In this document: piece by piece, positions 9,301 to 15,672 of the stretch | Numbering within the stretch: position 1 is the first letter of the stretch | Layout: each line of letters opens with the position of its first letter | Sequence record: SRR22947727_1922 | Strand: one strand, 5' to 3' | Length of the DNA stretch: 36,319 nt | Notes under the pieces: model-generated | What the model saw: the letters and a program-made list of their open reading frames with translations, nothing else | Told to the model about the DNA's origin: nothing | The model's database searches: none | Program-made: the position numbers and the translations under genes

Positions 9301-10053
9301 GTTCTTGGCGTCATCGAGCATGGGCTCGGAGAGTTCCCCGAAACTCGAAATCACCAACCTGGCGTGGACGGTGACGTCACCGCGGTGAGCGGTGAGGTCG
9401 CGCAGTCGATCCAGGGCAGGGTTGGGTTTGAACGCCCCACCGTCATCGGTGAGTGCCACAAAGGCAGCCGCATCCAGGCTGACCTGGAGCTGATCCGCGA
9501 AGGCCCTCTGAATTCCCGGGTTCAAGCGCACGCGGGAGCGCTTGAGGGTGATCTCAATATCGGCACCTCGGCGGCGCAGACGCACCGGGCGCATGAGCAG
9601 AGGGCCACGGTAGTCGACACCCTCGTGGGTCCACTCAACGAGGCCAATACCGAGTTCGAGGGTCTCCAGACCCCGAGCGTGCTTGAGTTCCAGAGCGTGG
9701 TCCACCAGCCGCAGTGCGGCTTTGTGGGAAGGGCGCCTCGCCACGTCGTCCCGAATCAGGTTGGAGAGCAGGGTGGGGGAACCGGCGAGGAACCTGGCCA
9801 GTCCGCCGGGGTGGCCACGGGAAATATCGACACGGTTCTCGGGGTAATCCTGGAAATGAATCAGGGGGCTTGGCCCGCCTAGCTGGGCGATCTCTGACCA
9901 CCAGCCCTCCCAGGCCATGGCGGCGTGGTTCACGGGTGTTGTGTCGGGGTCTCCCACGCTGACTTGGTGCGCTAAATCACTCGACCACCAGGGTTGGCCA
10001 TCGAGTGAGGAGCCCGGAGCATCCGGGGCGTCGTAATTATCGGCACGCCACAC
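6325..10053 (-). CDS. Large SF1 (DNA2/NAM7-like) helicase-domain protein with DUF4011-like N-terminus and C-terminal Vsr/MTES_1575-like domain; catalytic motifs degenerate
   Basis: 1242 aa; DSDSEQ, ALPGTGATQT (Walker A-like), FDVVVVMDA, VGDP, SYR, RDRVIFSLGYG, GWHYVR at the C-terminus. Confidence 0.85.
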   Translation of the reverse strand: MWRADNYDAPDAPGSSLDGQPWWSSDLAHQVSVGDPDTTPVNHAAMAWEGWWSEIAQLGGPSPLIHFQDYPENRVDISRGHPGGLARFLAGSPTLLSNLIRDDVARRPSHKAALRLVDHALELKHARGLETLELGIGLVEWTHEGVDYRGPLLMRPVRLRRRGADIEITLKRSRVRLNPGIQRAFADQLQVSLDAAAFVALTDDGGAFKPNPALDRLRDLTAHRGDVTVHARLVISSFGELSEPMLDDAKNLQHPILDALGGNDHAIQELRNSRVPVEIVHPDSKPADTDRSIVDSDSEQDAIVQNIVAGNSLVVRALPGTGATQTVVNALGALVSKHKRVLLVTPRTATSDAIKDRLAQVGLQGMAVELSKPARDIIASIGRNEKAKKPSLGQVDQAYERLRKVILKYREALAKKDATLGVSALECFTRLGTLSLRENPPETTARLDAEALEALSKGLGQAAELLRRAAELGEFKYGPADSPWYGVTFANVEDARKSQERARRLSSDAVPRLLEKFPPLLEQTPLPSVTTIGQMGVFVHLLMDMRDTLDRFQPSVFDRSLKDLITATGPKELAKTMPRLQRQRLKGLAKEHVRPGVSVPDLHESLVKIQSQRELWNRYVDTGHQPSVPAGLADVHVLVTQIEQDLQELDRVLGRTGKGERLADMPALQMLTLLEELAQESEILQSLERRREVQDHLEQMHLGPLVEDLATRHIEGDAVAAELELAWWRGALETILGKEEALLGSDKDVLVRLEADFRLVDEAHAGGNAQHLAWQLAERWSLGLMDWPEEAKDLKKILTNQTASVHSLTALTPHLTKALAPVWIATPYSVHRMPDSLRFDVVVVMDAGALSLAESVGALRRAPQVVAVGDPVSQTPTDFALGVRDERENTSQDGDSRHEDSLYAALAPLVSTLSLTRSYRASGDELARVMNTAFYGGLQKTMPWAGSYLGHPSLVVDHLEDGHGMPDPQSGLVEGVDAEVNAVVDHVIDHVVTRPTESLMVLTASAKHASRVHEAVSVAAQTRSELASFMTSDSTEPFVVATLDQARGFTRDRVIFSLGYGRTPHGRVVSDLGPLSKEGGERLLAGVFTSARRHLRVLSCVALEDLRDERLSPTTRALGDVLHLLESPQLTPESNSDPDPLLVDLAKRLEAMGMSVELGYRGVIPLVAHYGGYCIALDTDQSLMSMPVREALRARPAALARSGWHYVRAFALELFTTPDAVAERIGVLVGAKTDAPSHSDGE

Positions 10054-10120
10054 CCCTCAAAACTAGGACTTTGCAGGGTTTTGGGGGGTTATCCCACGCC
10101 GGCTCGCACGAGTCGCTCTC

Positions 10121-10142
10121 AAGGTCAGGATGACCTTTTTTT
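10121..10142 (+). terminator. Hairpin plus T-run next to the vapC stop
   Basis: AAGGTCA-GGA-TGACCTT followed by TTTTT. Confidence 0.45.
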
Positions 10143-10143
10143 C

Positions 10144-10545
10144 TCACTCTGATGCCCAATCCTCGAGTCTCAGGAGGGGTATTTGGTCAAAGTGGCGAGT
10201 GTTGTGGGTCACGAGTGTTGCACCGGCGACCAGCGCCTGCGCGGCGATGAGGATGTCGTAGGGCCCAGAGCTCAGACCTTCACCCGCCAGAAAACGCGTA
10301 ATTTCGCCGCCTGTGCGCGCCTCCTCTACACCGAAGGGCAGGATAGATACGGCCCTCAGGAACGGCTCGATTCGGGCCCTCCAGCTACCCTCGGCGAGAC
10401 GTGGGCCGCGAACACTCTCCAATTCACACGCTGAAATTGCGGAGATTGCCCAACGATCAGAGGGCACCCGCGACGCTTTATCAAGCACTCCCCGCTGATT
10501 CTTCAGCAGGTAACTCACCGTGTCGGTGTCGAGTAGATACGTCAC
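10144..10545 (-). CDS. vapC: VapC PIN-domain toxin (type II TA)
   Basis: YLLDTD, SAISACEL, GPYDILIAAQA, LVTHNTRHF, LEDW; GTG start overlaps the antitoxin TGA (GTGA). Confidence 0.93.
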   Translation of the reverse strand: MTYLLDTDTVSYLLKNQRGVLDKASRVPSDRWAISAISACELESVRGPRLAEGSWRARIEPFLRAVSILPFGVEEARTGGEITRFLAGEGLSSGPYDILIAAQALVAGATLVTHNTRHFDQIPLLRLEDWASE

Positions 10546-10817
10546 GCGGTGTCGTCCTGGTGCAGATCGGGGAACCTGCTGGGCAGTGGTGTTCTCGCTG
10601 GCCATTGGTCAGTGGCATCCGGAGGTGTCCCTTCCTGCTTCCACTTATCGAGGAGCTGCTCGAGAGTCTCCTGCTCGTGATGGGGGCGAATCTCCAGAGC
10701 CCCCTCCGCAGTCGCGCGAATCTCTACCGCCTGGGTTGGAGGAACAAGGCTGGCGGGAATCCGCACGGCCCAACTTCCGCCGTTTCTAAACATTTTTGTC
10801 ACCACAGGCTCAGTCAT
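10542..10817 (-). CDS. vapB: VapB antitoxin, AbrB/MazE/SpoVT DNA-binding domain
   Basis: TKMFRNGGSWAVRIP motif; directly upstream of and coupled to the PIN gene; TACAAT 7 nt before ATG 10817 (alternative ATG 10826). Confidence 0.9.
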   Translation of the reverse strand: MTEPVVTKMFRNGGSWAVRIPASLVPPTQAVEIRATAEGALEIRPHHEQETLEQLLDKWKQEGTPPDATDQWPARTPLPSRFPDLHQDDTA

Positions 10818-10830
10818 AGTCCGCATTGTA

Positions 10831-10851
10831 GTATATATAGACTATATATAC
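10831..10851. promoter_or_regulatory. Palindromic VapBC autoregulatory operator
   Basis: Perfect inverted repeat GTATATATAG-A-CTATATATAC immediately upstream of the vapB -10. Confidence 0.8.
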
Positions 10852-11017
10852 ATTCGTATGGTGGACATGCCCTCAACCTCCGCGTCAGTGGACAGCTAAC
10901 GACGACCCCGACGGGCTCTTCCGTTTCCAGCACGTCGTGGGCACCGGGCTGACTGCCTCCGCCAAGGCAAGCCACCCGAATCTCTCACATGTCATGAATG
11001 TGGTGAGACATCAAAGG

Positions 11018-11047
11018 GTGCACCTGCTACAGGTTTACTCGAACCCC
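11018..11047. repeat. Degenerate copy of the tRNA-Arg 3' end (putative att site)
   Basis: GTGCACCTG-ctacaggttt-ACTCGAACCCC versus GTGCCCCTG-gaggg-ACTCGAACCCC at 13552-13576. Confidence 0.65.
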
Positions 11048-11440
11048 TCGCCAGGGGTCGCCGCGCCTCGAGACTTACTCTTCCGCTCGAGGCGATTAGA
11101 ACGCGCCGTGGAAGGTGGCTTTCGATCGAAGCGCGCCCGTCAGCTCCGAGCCGCTGAAGCGCAGCAACTGGTTGACCACTACATGACTGTTCGCAACATT
11201 CGCACGGTTGCTCGGGACCTCGGGCTTTCGCGCACTACGGTCACACGCATCCTCACCGAGCGCGGTGTGGACACCTCCCGTGGGATGACGGAGACACAGC
11301 TCGCCGAAGCAGCCGAGCTGTATGAACAGGGGCTCTCGAGTTTCGTCATAGGCAAGCGGCTCGGGTTCGACAACCACACTATTTTGAACGGCCTTCGCAG
11401 ACGAGGAGTTTCCATTCGCCCAAGGTCGGGCGGTAACTGA
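11018..11440 (+). CDS. Tandem helix-turn-helix protein
   Basis: Two HTH units (NIRTVARDLGLSRTTVTRIL..RGV; LYEQGLSSFVIGKRLGFDNHTILNGLRRRGV); start uncertain, in-frame GTG lies in the att-like site. Confidence 0.72.
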   Translation: MHLLQVYSNPSPGVAAPRDLLFRSRRLERAVEGGFRSKRARQLRAAEAQQLVDHYMTVRNIRTVARDLGLSRTTVTRILTERGVDTSRGMTETQLAEAAELYEQGLSSFVIGKRLGFDNHTILNGLRRRGVSIRPRSGGN

Positions 11441-11445
11441 CGTGA

Positions 11446-12357
11446 TCAGTGCATGTCGTGCGCCTGGACCGCTCCTGCTGGTTCGAGCTGGAATGTTGCA
11501 TGGTCGATCGCGACCGGGAAGTGCTCGGCGACACAGCGCTGCAGCGCTTGTGTGATTTCGGGTGCGTGGCCGTCGTGGAAGCAACCTGCCTCTACGACAA
11601 CGTGGGCAGTCAGGACGGGCAGCCCAGTAGCAATCTGCGTGATGTGCAGGTCATGAACGTCGACGACATGATCTTCATCCAGCAGGTGCTGTCGCACATC
11701 GTCGAGGTCGATGCCGCGCGGTACTGACTCGAGCAGCACATCGACGGCGTCCCGGAGCAGGCGCAACGTGCGGGGAATGATGAGCACCCCCACCAGCAAC
11801 GCAGCGATCGAGTCGGCCTGCTGGAACCCCGTCGTCATGATGACGACGGCAGCGACGATGACAGCCACCGACCCGAGTGCATCGTTGAGTACTTCCAGGA
11901 ACGCGGCCCGCATGTTGAGGTTGTCACCGCGACCGCCCGACAGGACCATGATCGCGATGATGTTGGCCAGGAGGCCGACGATGCCGAAGACGAGGAGCTC
12001 GACGCTGGCAATCTCTGCCGGTTGGCTGAATCGCTGCACAGCTTCGATGACCACAAAGACGCCCACTCCCAGCAGGACTGCGGCTTGCACGGTGGCAGCG
12101 AGTACCTCCGCACGACGAAGACCCCAAGTGCGGCGTGATGTTGCGGGTCGTTCCATGAGCTTGGCCGCAAACAACGCAACGAGTAGCCCACCCGCATCGG
12201 TCAGCATGTGGGCCGCGTCCACGAGCAGAGCAAGCGACCCGGTGATGATCGCCCCAATCACTTCAGCGACGAGAACGCTGGCGGTAAGGCCAAAAGCGAT
12301 CGCCAGGCGCCGACGATTAATCGTGCCGCCGGCATGAGTGTGCCCGTCGGCGCTCAC
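11446..12357 (-). CDS. czcD: Cation diffusion facilitator (Co/Zn/Cd efflux, CzcD/ZitB-like)
   Basis: SLALLVDAAHMLTD, NLNMRAAFLEVLNDALGS, DVHDLH, HATFQLE. Confidence 0.93.
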   Translation of the reverse strand: MSADGHTHAGGTINRRRLAIAFGLTASVLVAEVIGAIITGSLALLVDAAHMLTDAGGLLVALFAAKLMERPATSRRTWGLRRAEVLAATVQAAVLLGVGVFVVIEAVQRFSQPAEIASVELLVFGIVGLLANIIAIMVLSGGRGDNLNMRAAFLEVLNDALGSVAVIVAAVVIMTTGFQQADSIAALLVGVLIIPRTLRLLRDAVDVLLESVPRGIDLDDVRQHLLDEDHVVDVHDLHITQIATGLPVLTAHVVVEAGCFHDGHAPEITQALQRCVAEHFPVAIDHATFQLEPAGAVQAHDMH

Positions 12358-13052
12358 GGGTGGCTTTCCTCATCGTGGTCGTGGTCGTGCTCGTGGGTGC
12401 TGGAGCCTTCCATGAGTTTGCCGATCGCGGTGGCGCAGGTGTCACCGTTCCACGCTTCGATGCCTTCTCGAATGGCGAAGGCTCCGATCACCAGGGCGGC
12501 GAGCGCATCGGCCCAGGTCCATCCGAACGCGGCGTTCGCGACGAGGCCGAGCAAGACCGCGGCCGAGAGCAACGAGCAGATGAGGGTCTGCTTGGAGTCA
12601 GCCACCACAGTGGCGGAGCCGAGTTCTCGACCGGTGCGTCGTTCAAGAACCGAGAGGAAGGGCATGACGACGACGCTGACGGCAGCGAGCACGATGCCGG
12701 CGTTGCTGGATTCGGGAGTCGTCACCCCGGTCAACGAGAGGGTGGAGCCCACGATCGTGTAGGCGGCGAGAGCGAAGAAGGCGAACGCAATTACGCGAAG
12801 CACCGGCTTCTCATATCGCTCCGGGTCGCGACGCGTGAACTGCCAAGCAACGGCGGTCGCCGATAGCACTTCCACGCCAGAGTCGAGCCCGAAACCGATG
12901 AGCGCCGCCGAGTCCGCGGCAGTGCCGGCAATGAGGGCGATGATGCCTTCGATCACGTTGTACCCGATGGTGACGGCAACGATGATCTTCACTCGTCGCC
13001 GCAGCAGAGAGGTGCGACTCGTCTCCGGTTGTGCTCCCACCATGGCCGTCAC
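12354..13052 (-). CDS. Cation efflux-type membrane protein (truncated CDF-like) with His-rich tail
   Basis: GYNVIEG, SAALIGFGLDS, ADSKQT, WADALAAL..REG; tail HEHDHDHDEESHP; GTGA overlaps at both ends. Confidence 0.85.
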   Translation of the reverse strand: MTAMVGAQPETSRTSLLRRRVKIIVAVTIGYNVIEGIIALIAGTAADSAALIGFGLDSGVEVLSATAVAWQFTRRDPERYEKPVLRVIAFAFFALAAYTIVGSTLSLTGVTTPESSNAGIVLAAVSVVVMPFLSVLERRTGRELGSATVVADSKQTLICSLLSAAVLLGLVANAAFGWTWADALAALVIGAFAIREGIEAWNGDTCATAIGKLMEGSSTHEHDHDHDEESHP

Positions 13053-13393
13053 GCGCGCGTCTCCAGATCGTTCTCGTTCACGTCGCATGCGTCCACCGGA
13101 TCGACAGCGAGGACGACGCCGACGAGATCCTGGAGCGCGTGACGCAACCGCGCATCCGAAATCTCGTAGAGAACTCGTCGACCGGAAGGCTCGGCGACGA
13201 CAATCCCGCAGTCGCGCAGGCAGGCGAGGTGATTCGACACGGTTTGCTTCGTGACGCCCAGCTCGTCCACCAGCTCCGCCGGGTAGCGAGACCCATCAAG
13301 GAGCGCCAAAAGGATGGCGGCACGCGTCGGGTCGGCGAGGGCTTTGCCGACCCGACGAATCGCGTCAAGTCGAACAGCAGTCGAAGTGGTCAT
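13049..13393 (-). CDS. cmtR: ArsR/SmtB family Cd/Pb-sensing repressor (CmtR-like)
   Basis: ALADPTR, VSNHLACLRDCG (C-x3-C) plus C-terminal Cys, matching the CmtR ligand arrangement. Confidence 0.88.
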   Translation of the reverse strand: MTTSTAVRLDAIRRVGKALADPTRAAILLALLDGSRYPAELVDELGVTKQTVSNHLACLRDCGIVVAEPSGRRVLYEISDARLRHALQDLVGVVLAVDPVDACDVNENDLETRA

Positions 13394-13400
13394 GCCCTCA

Positions 13401-13422
13401 TAGTACATCAGAGCGTGTACTA
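13401..13422. promoter_or_regulatory. CmtR operator inverted repeat overlapping the -10 (TACTAT) of leaderless cmtR
   Basis: TAGTACA-N8-TGTACTA. Confidence 0.75.
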
Positions 13423-13497
13423 ATGACAGACCAAAAATCGCGGCGGCATGAGTTCTGGCCCTGCCCCGACCCGCATTCTGAACGCCCGCATGGCCTA

Positions 13498-13549
13498 CCG
13501 AACGGAACACCCGAACGGTACATCCGAACGGTACATCCGAACGGAATAG
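13498..13549. repeat. 4 x 13-bp tandem repeat abutting the tRNA-Arg 3' end
   Basis: CCGAACGGAACAC / CCGAACGGTACAT / CCGAACGGTACAT / CCGAACGGAATAG. Confidence 0.92.
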
Positions 13550-13552
13550 CAG

Positions 13553-13624
13553 TGCCCCTGGAGGGACTCGAACCCCCAACCCTTTCCTTAGGACGGAACT
13601 GCTCTTCCATTGAGCTACAGAGGC
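13553..13624 (-). tRNA. tRNA-Arg(CCT), CCA not encoded
   Basis: Reverse complement GCCTCTGTAGCTCAATGGAAGAGCAGTTCCGTCCTAAGGAAAGGGTTGGGGGTTCGAGTCCCTCCAGGGGCA; anticodon CCT. Confidence 0.93.
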
Positions 13625-13679
13625 AACGCCGAAAGTCTAGCGAGCACAGAATGTCCCCGGTCGTTATTACTCTGTCCAC

Positions 13680-14891
13680 GTGAAGATTTATCTGGTCGCA
13701 TTCGGGTCTAGGGGAGACAATGAGCCCTTCCGCGCTCTCGCGCTGGAAGCGGCGGCAGCAGGCCATGACGTCACCTTCGCTCACACCTCAGACCTGGCGT
13801 TTGATCCCGAGGCTCCATATAAGGAACGAGAACTCCCGGGCTCGATCGAGCGGGTGATTGCGGAGCAAGGTGTGTCTACTGTTCGAGCTCTCCTGAACTA
13901 TCGAACCGTCATGCGGCCTCTGCTCGAAGGTGTCTGGGAAACCAGCACCCAACAGATACTCAAGCTTCACCCCGACATCGTGGTCTATCACCCGAAGGTC
14001 ATGACAGCGGCAACCGCTGCTCACGCGGTGGGGGCGCTCGCAGCGGAGGTAGAAATCGTTCCCACGATGACTCCGACCGATGAGTTCCCGCCTGCGGGCC
14101 TCCCTACGACCATCCCGTCTCGGTGGAACCGGGCGAGCTACTCTCTGGTGAAGGCCGGAGTCTCCTCGTTCGCGCCCGTTCTGAAAGAGCTCGCCGACAG
14201 GCTGGGTGTAATCCGCACCGAGTCTGACCTGGTGCTCTGTCCGGTCAGCCCCACCCTCGTTCCCCAGCCCACCGACTGGCCAAACTTTGCCCACATCACG
14301 GGGAAATGGCATGTTCCCGCGCATGGTGACCTAGATGAAGAGTTGGAGGAATTCCTGCAGGGCGGCAAGGTCCTCTATGCGGGGTTTGGGTCGATGCGAG
14401 ACTCTCACGGCCACGCCCGAGCCGAAGCGCTGGTCACTGCCGCTCGCTCGCTCGGGATGAAAACCCTGCTCGTTACCGGATGGGGTGGCCTCATCCCGTC
14501 TGCTGAGCACCGCTCCGCCTCAGATGTGCTGGTTCGGGAATCGTTGGCCCATTCGAGTGTGCTGCCTCATGTTGAGGTGGGAATCCATCACGGTGGGGCT
14601 GGGACAACCCACGCTTTCCTTCGGGCCGGAACCCCGTCGATCATCATGCCGTTCCTCGGCGATCAACCGTGGTGGGCTGCTCGACTCCATGGCCAGGGTC
14701 TTGGCCCCAGAGTGCTTCGTCGCCACGAAACACGCACCGGGGTCATCGCGAAGGCGATCACCGAGGCTGCAGCGAAAAAGGAGCGTGTGGCGCGCGCTGC
14801 GACCCAGATGTCTCAGGAAGACGGACTCGCCTCAGCGCTCAACATTCTCGAGCTCGCTGAAGCAGGTGTCTCTCCTCTGCGACCGGCCTAA
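13680..14891 (+). CDS. GT-B glycosyltransferase (family 1, sterol glucosyltransferase/UGT-like)
   Basis: GSRGDNEPF, AGFGSM, IHHGGAGTT, PFLGDQPWW. Confidence 0.92.
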   Translation: MKIYLVAFGSRGDNEPFRALALEAAAAGHDVTFAHTSDLAFDPEAPYKERELPGSIERVIAEQGVSTVRALLNYRTVMRPLLEGVWETSTQQILKLHPDIVVYHPKVMTAATAAHAVGALAAEVEIVPTMTPTDEFPPAGLPTTIPSRWNRASYSLVKAGVSSFAPVLKELADRLGVIRTESDLVLCPVSPTLVPQPTDWPNFAHITGKWHVPAHGDLDEELEEFLQGGKVLYAGFGSMRDSHGHARAEALVTAARSLGMKTLLVTGWGGLIPSAEHRSASDVLVRESLAHSSVLPHVEVGIHHGGAGTTHAFLRAGTPSIIMPFLGDQPWWAARLHGQGLGPRVLRRHETRTGVIAKAITEAAAKKERVARAATQMSQEDGLASALNILELAEAGVSPLRPA

Positions 14892-15436
14892 GCGGCTTGG
14901 GCGAGGTAGCCTTCCCAGCGCTCTTGGGGACGCTCAATACCTCGCACCAACCATGATGTTCCGTGCGGGGTTTTGGGAACAGTGAGCAACCGCCACCCAA
15001 TTTCCGCAGGGGTGCGATCACCCTTGATGTTGTTGCACTTGAGGCAACAGGCCACGAGGTTTTCCCATTCGTCTTTGCCTCCACGGGAACGGGGAAGTAC
15101 GTGGTCAATAGTGCTGGCAGAGGCGCCACAGTAAGCACAGCGGTGGCTATCCCGCCTCAGAACCCCGCGACGCGATACCGGAACCTGGCGATTGTGGGGC
15201 ATCTTCACGTAACGGGTGAGAACGATGACGGAAGGCCGCTCCCAGGTTCCATCGGGACTCCTCACCGGGTGAGAGTTGTCACTCTCGACGATGACAGCGC
15301 GACCGTTCATCACCAGGACGAGGGCCCTCTTGAACGACACCACCGAGAGCGGCTCATATCCGGCGTTCAAAACCAACGTTCTCATGCTCACCGACGGAGA
15401 CTCAATCGTGGAGACGGATGCTTTCGTGGGGGTCAT
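14888..15436 (-). CDS. HNH endonuclease (McrA-like zinc-binding family)
   Basis: LVLNAGYEPL, RRDSHRCAYC, TIDHVLPRSRGG, WENLVACCLKCNNIKG; family-typical start may be ATG 15385 (MRTLVLN). Confidence 0.92.
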   Translation of the reverse strand: MTPTKASVSTIESPSVSMRTLVLNAGYEPLSVVSFKRALVLVMNGRAVIVESDNSHPVRSPDGTWERPSVIVLTRYVKMPHNRQVPVSRRGVLRRDSHRCAYCGASASTIDHVLPRSRGGKDEWENLVACCLKCNNIKGDRTPAEIGWRLLTVPKTPHGTSWLVRGIERPQERWEGYLAQAA

Positions 15437-15588
15437 CGGGGTGCCCCCTTAACGCAAAAGACACCATCGATGAACGATGGTGTCTGAGAGAAGCGGACGC
15501 CCTGACATGCCAGGGCCGGCCTCGTGGAGACCTGTATCCGGAAGTGAGCGCGCACATCCCTCGGGGATACACGCTCTCGTGGACTCAT
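15433..15588 (-). CDS. Putative 51-aa leader peptide/uORF of the HNH gene
   Basis: AAGGAG 6 nt before ATG 15588; MSPRERVSPRDVRAHFRIQVSTRPALACQGVRFSQTPSFIDGVFCVKGAPR; TGA overlaps ATG 15436 (ATGA). Confidence 0.35.
   Translation of the reverse strand: MSPRERVSPRDVRAHFRIQVSTRPALACQGVRFSQTPSFIDGVFCVKGAPR
15456..15485 (-). terminator. Intrinsic terminator-like hairpin in the HNH 5' leader
   Basis: Minus strand AGACACCATCG-TTCAT-CGATGGTGTCT-TTT, perfect 11-bp stem. Confidence 0.7.
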
Positions 15589-15672
15589 CAGGTACTCCTT
15601 CGCGACACAGTTGGCGCAATGGCATAAGAGTATCCAGCTAATCCTGGGACCAGCTGATACGGCACGCCGGGC

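Larger units (their letters stand above)
11018..13552. mobile_element. About 2.5-kb integrase-less metal-resistance islet at the tRNA-Arg(CCT) 3' end
   Basis: Bounded by the tRNA 3' end and its degenerate copy; cargo is HTH, czcD, cation transporter and cmtR; cargo looks more G+C-rich than flanks by eye. Confidence 0.65.

Noticed and set aside
10859-10869. TGGTGGACATG as another tRNA-Ala 3' end copy
   Set aside because: A 10/11 match is expected by chance in a window this size, and nothing else supports it
13498-13549. CRISPR array
   Set aside because: Units are 13 bp and contiguous, with no unique spacers and no cas genes
13394-13579. N-terminal extension of the ArsR ORF up to 13579
   Set aside because: Runs through the operator, tandem repeats and tRNA; the true start at 13393 has a correctly spaced -10
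13423-13683. 86-aa plus-strand ORF across the repeats and tRNA-Arg as a real gene
   Set aside because: Mostly antisense translation of the tRNA (VPLEGLEPPT); no independent coding evidence
14888-15436. HNH gene as a homing endonuclease or defence island
   Set aside because: No intron/intein context or methylase partner; it belongs to the widely conserved actinobacterial LVLNA.YEPL family in backbone context
15575-15595. Hammerhead ribozyme (CTGATGAGTCC on the minus strand)
   Set aside because: No stem II closing followed by GAAA, so the core is incomplete
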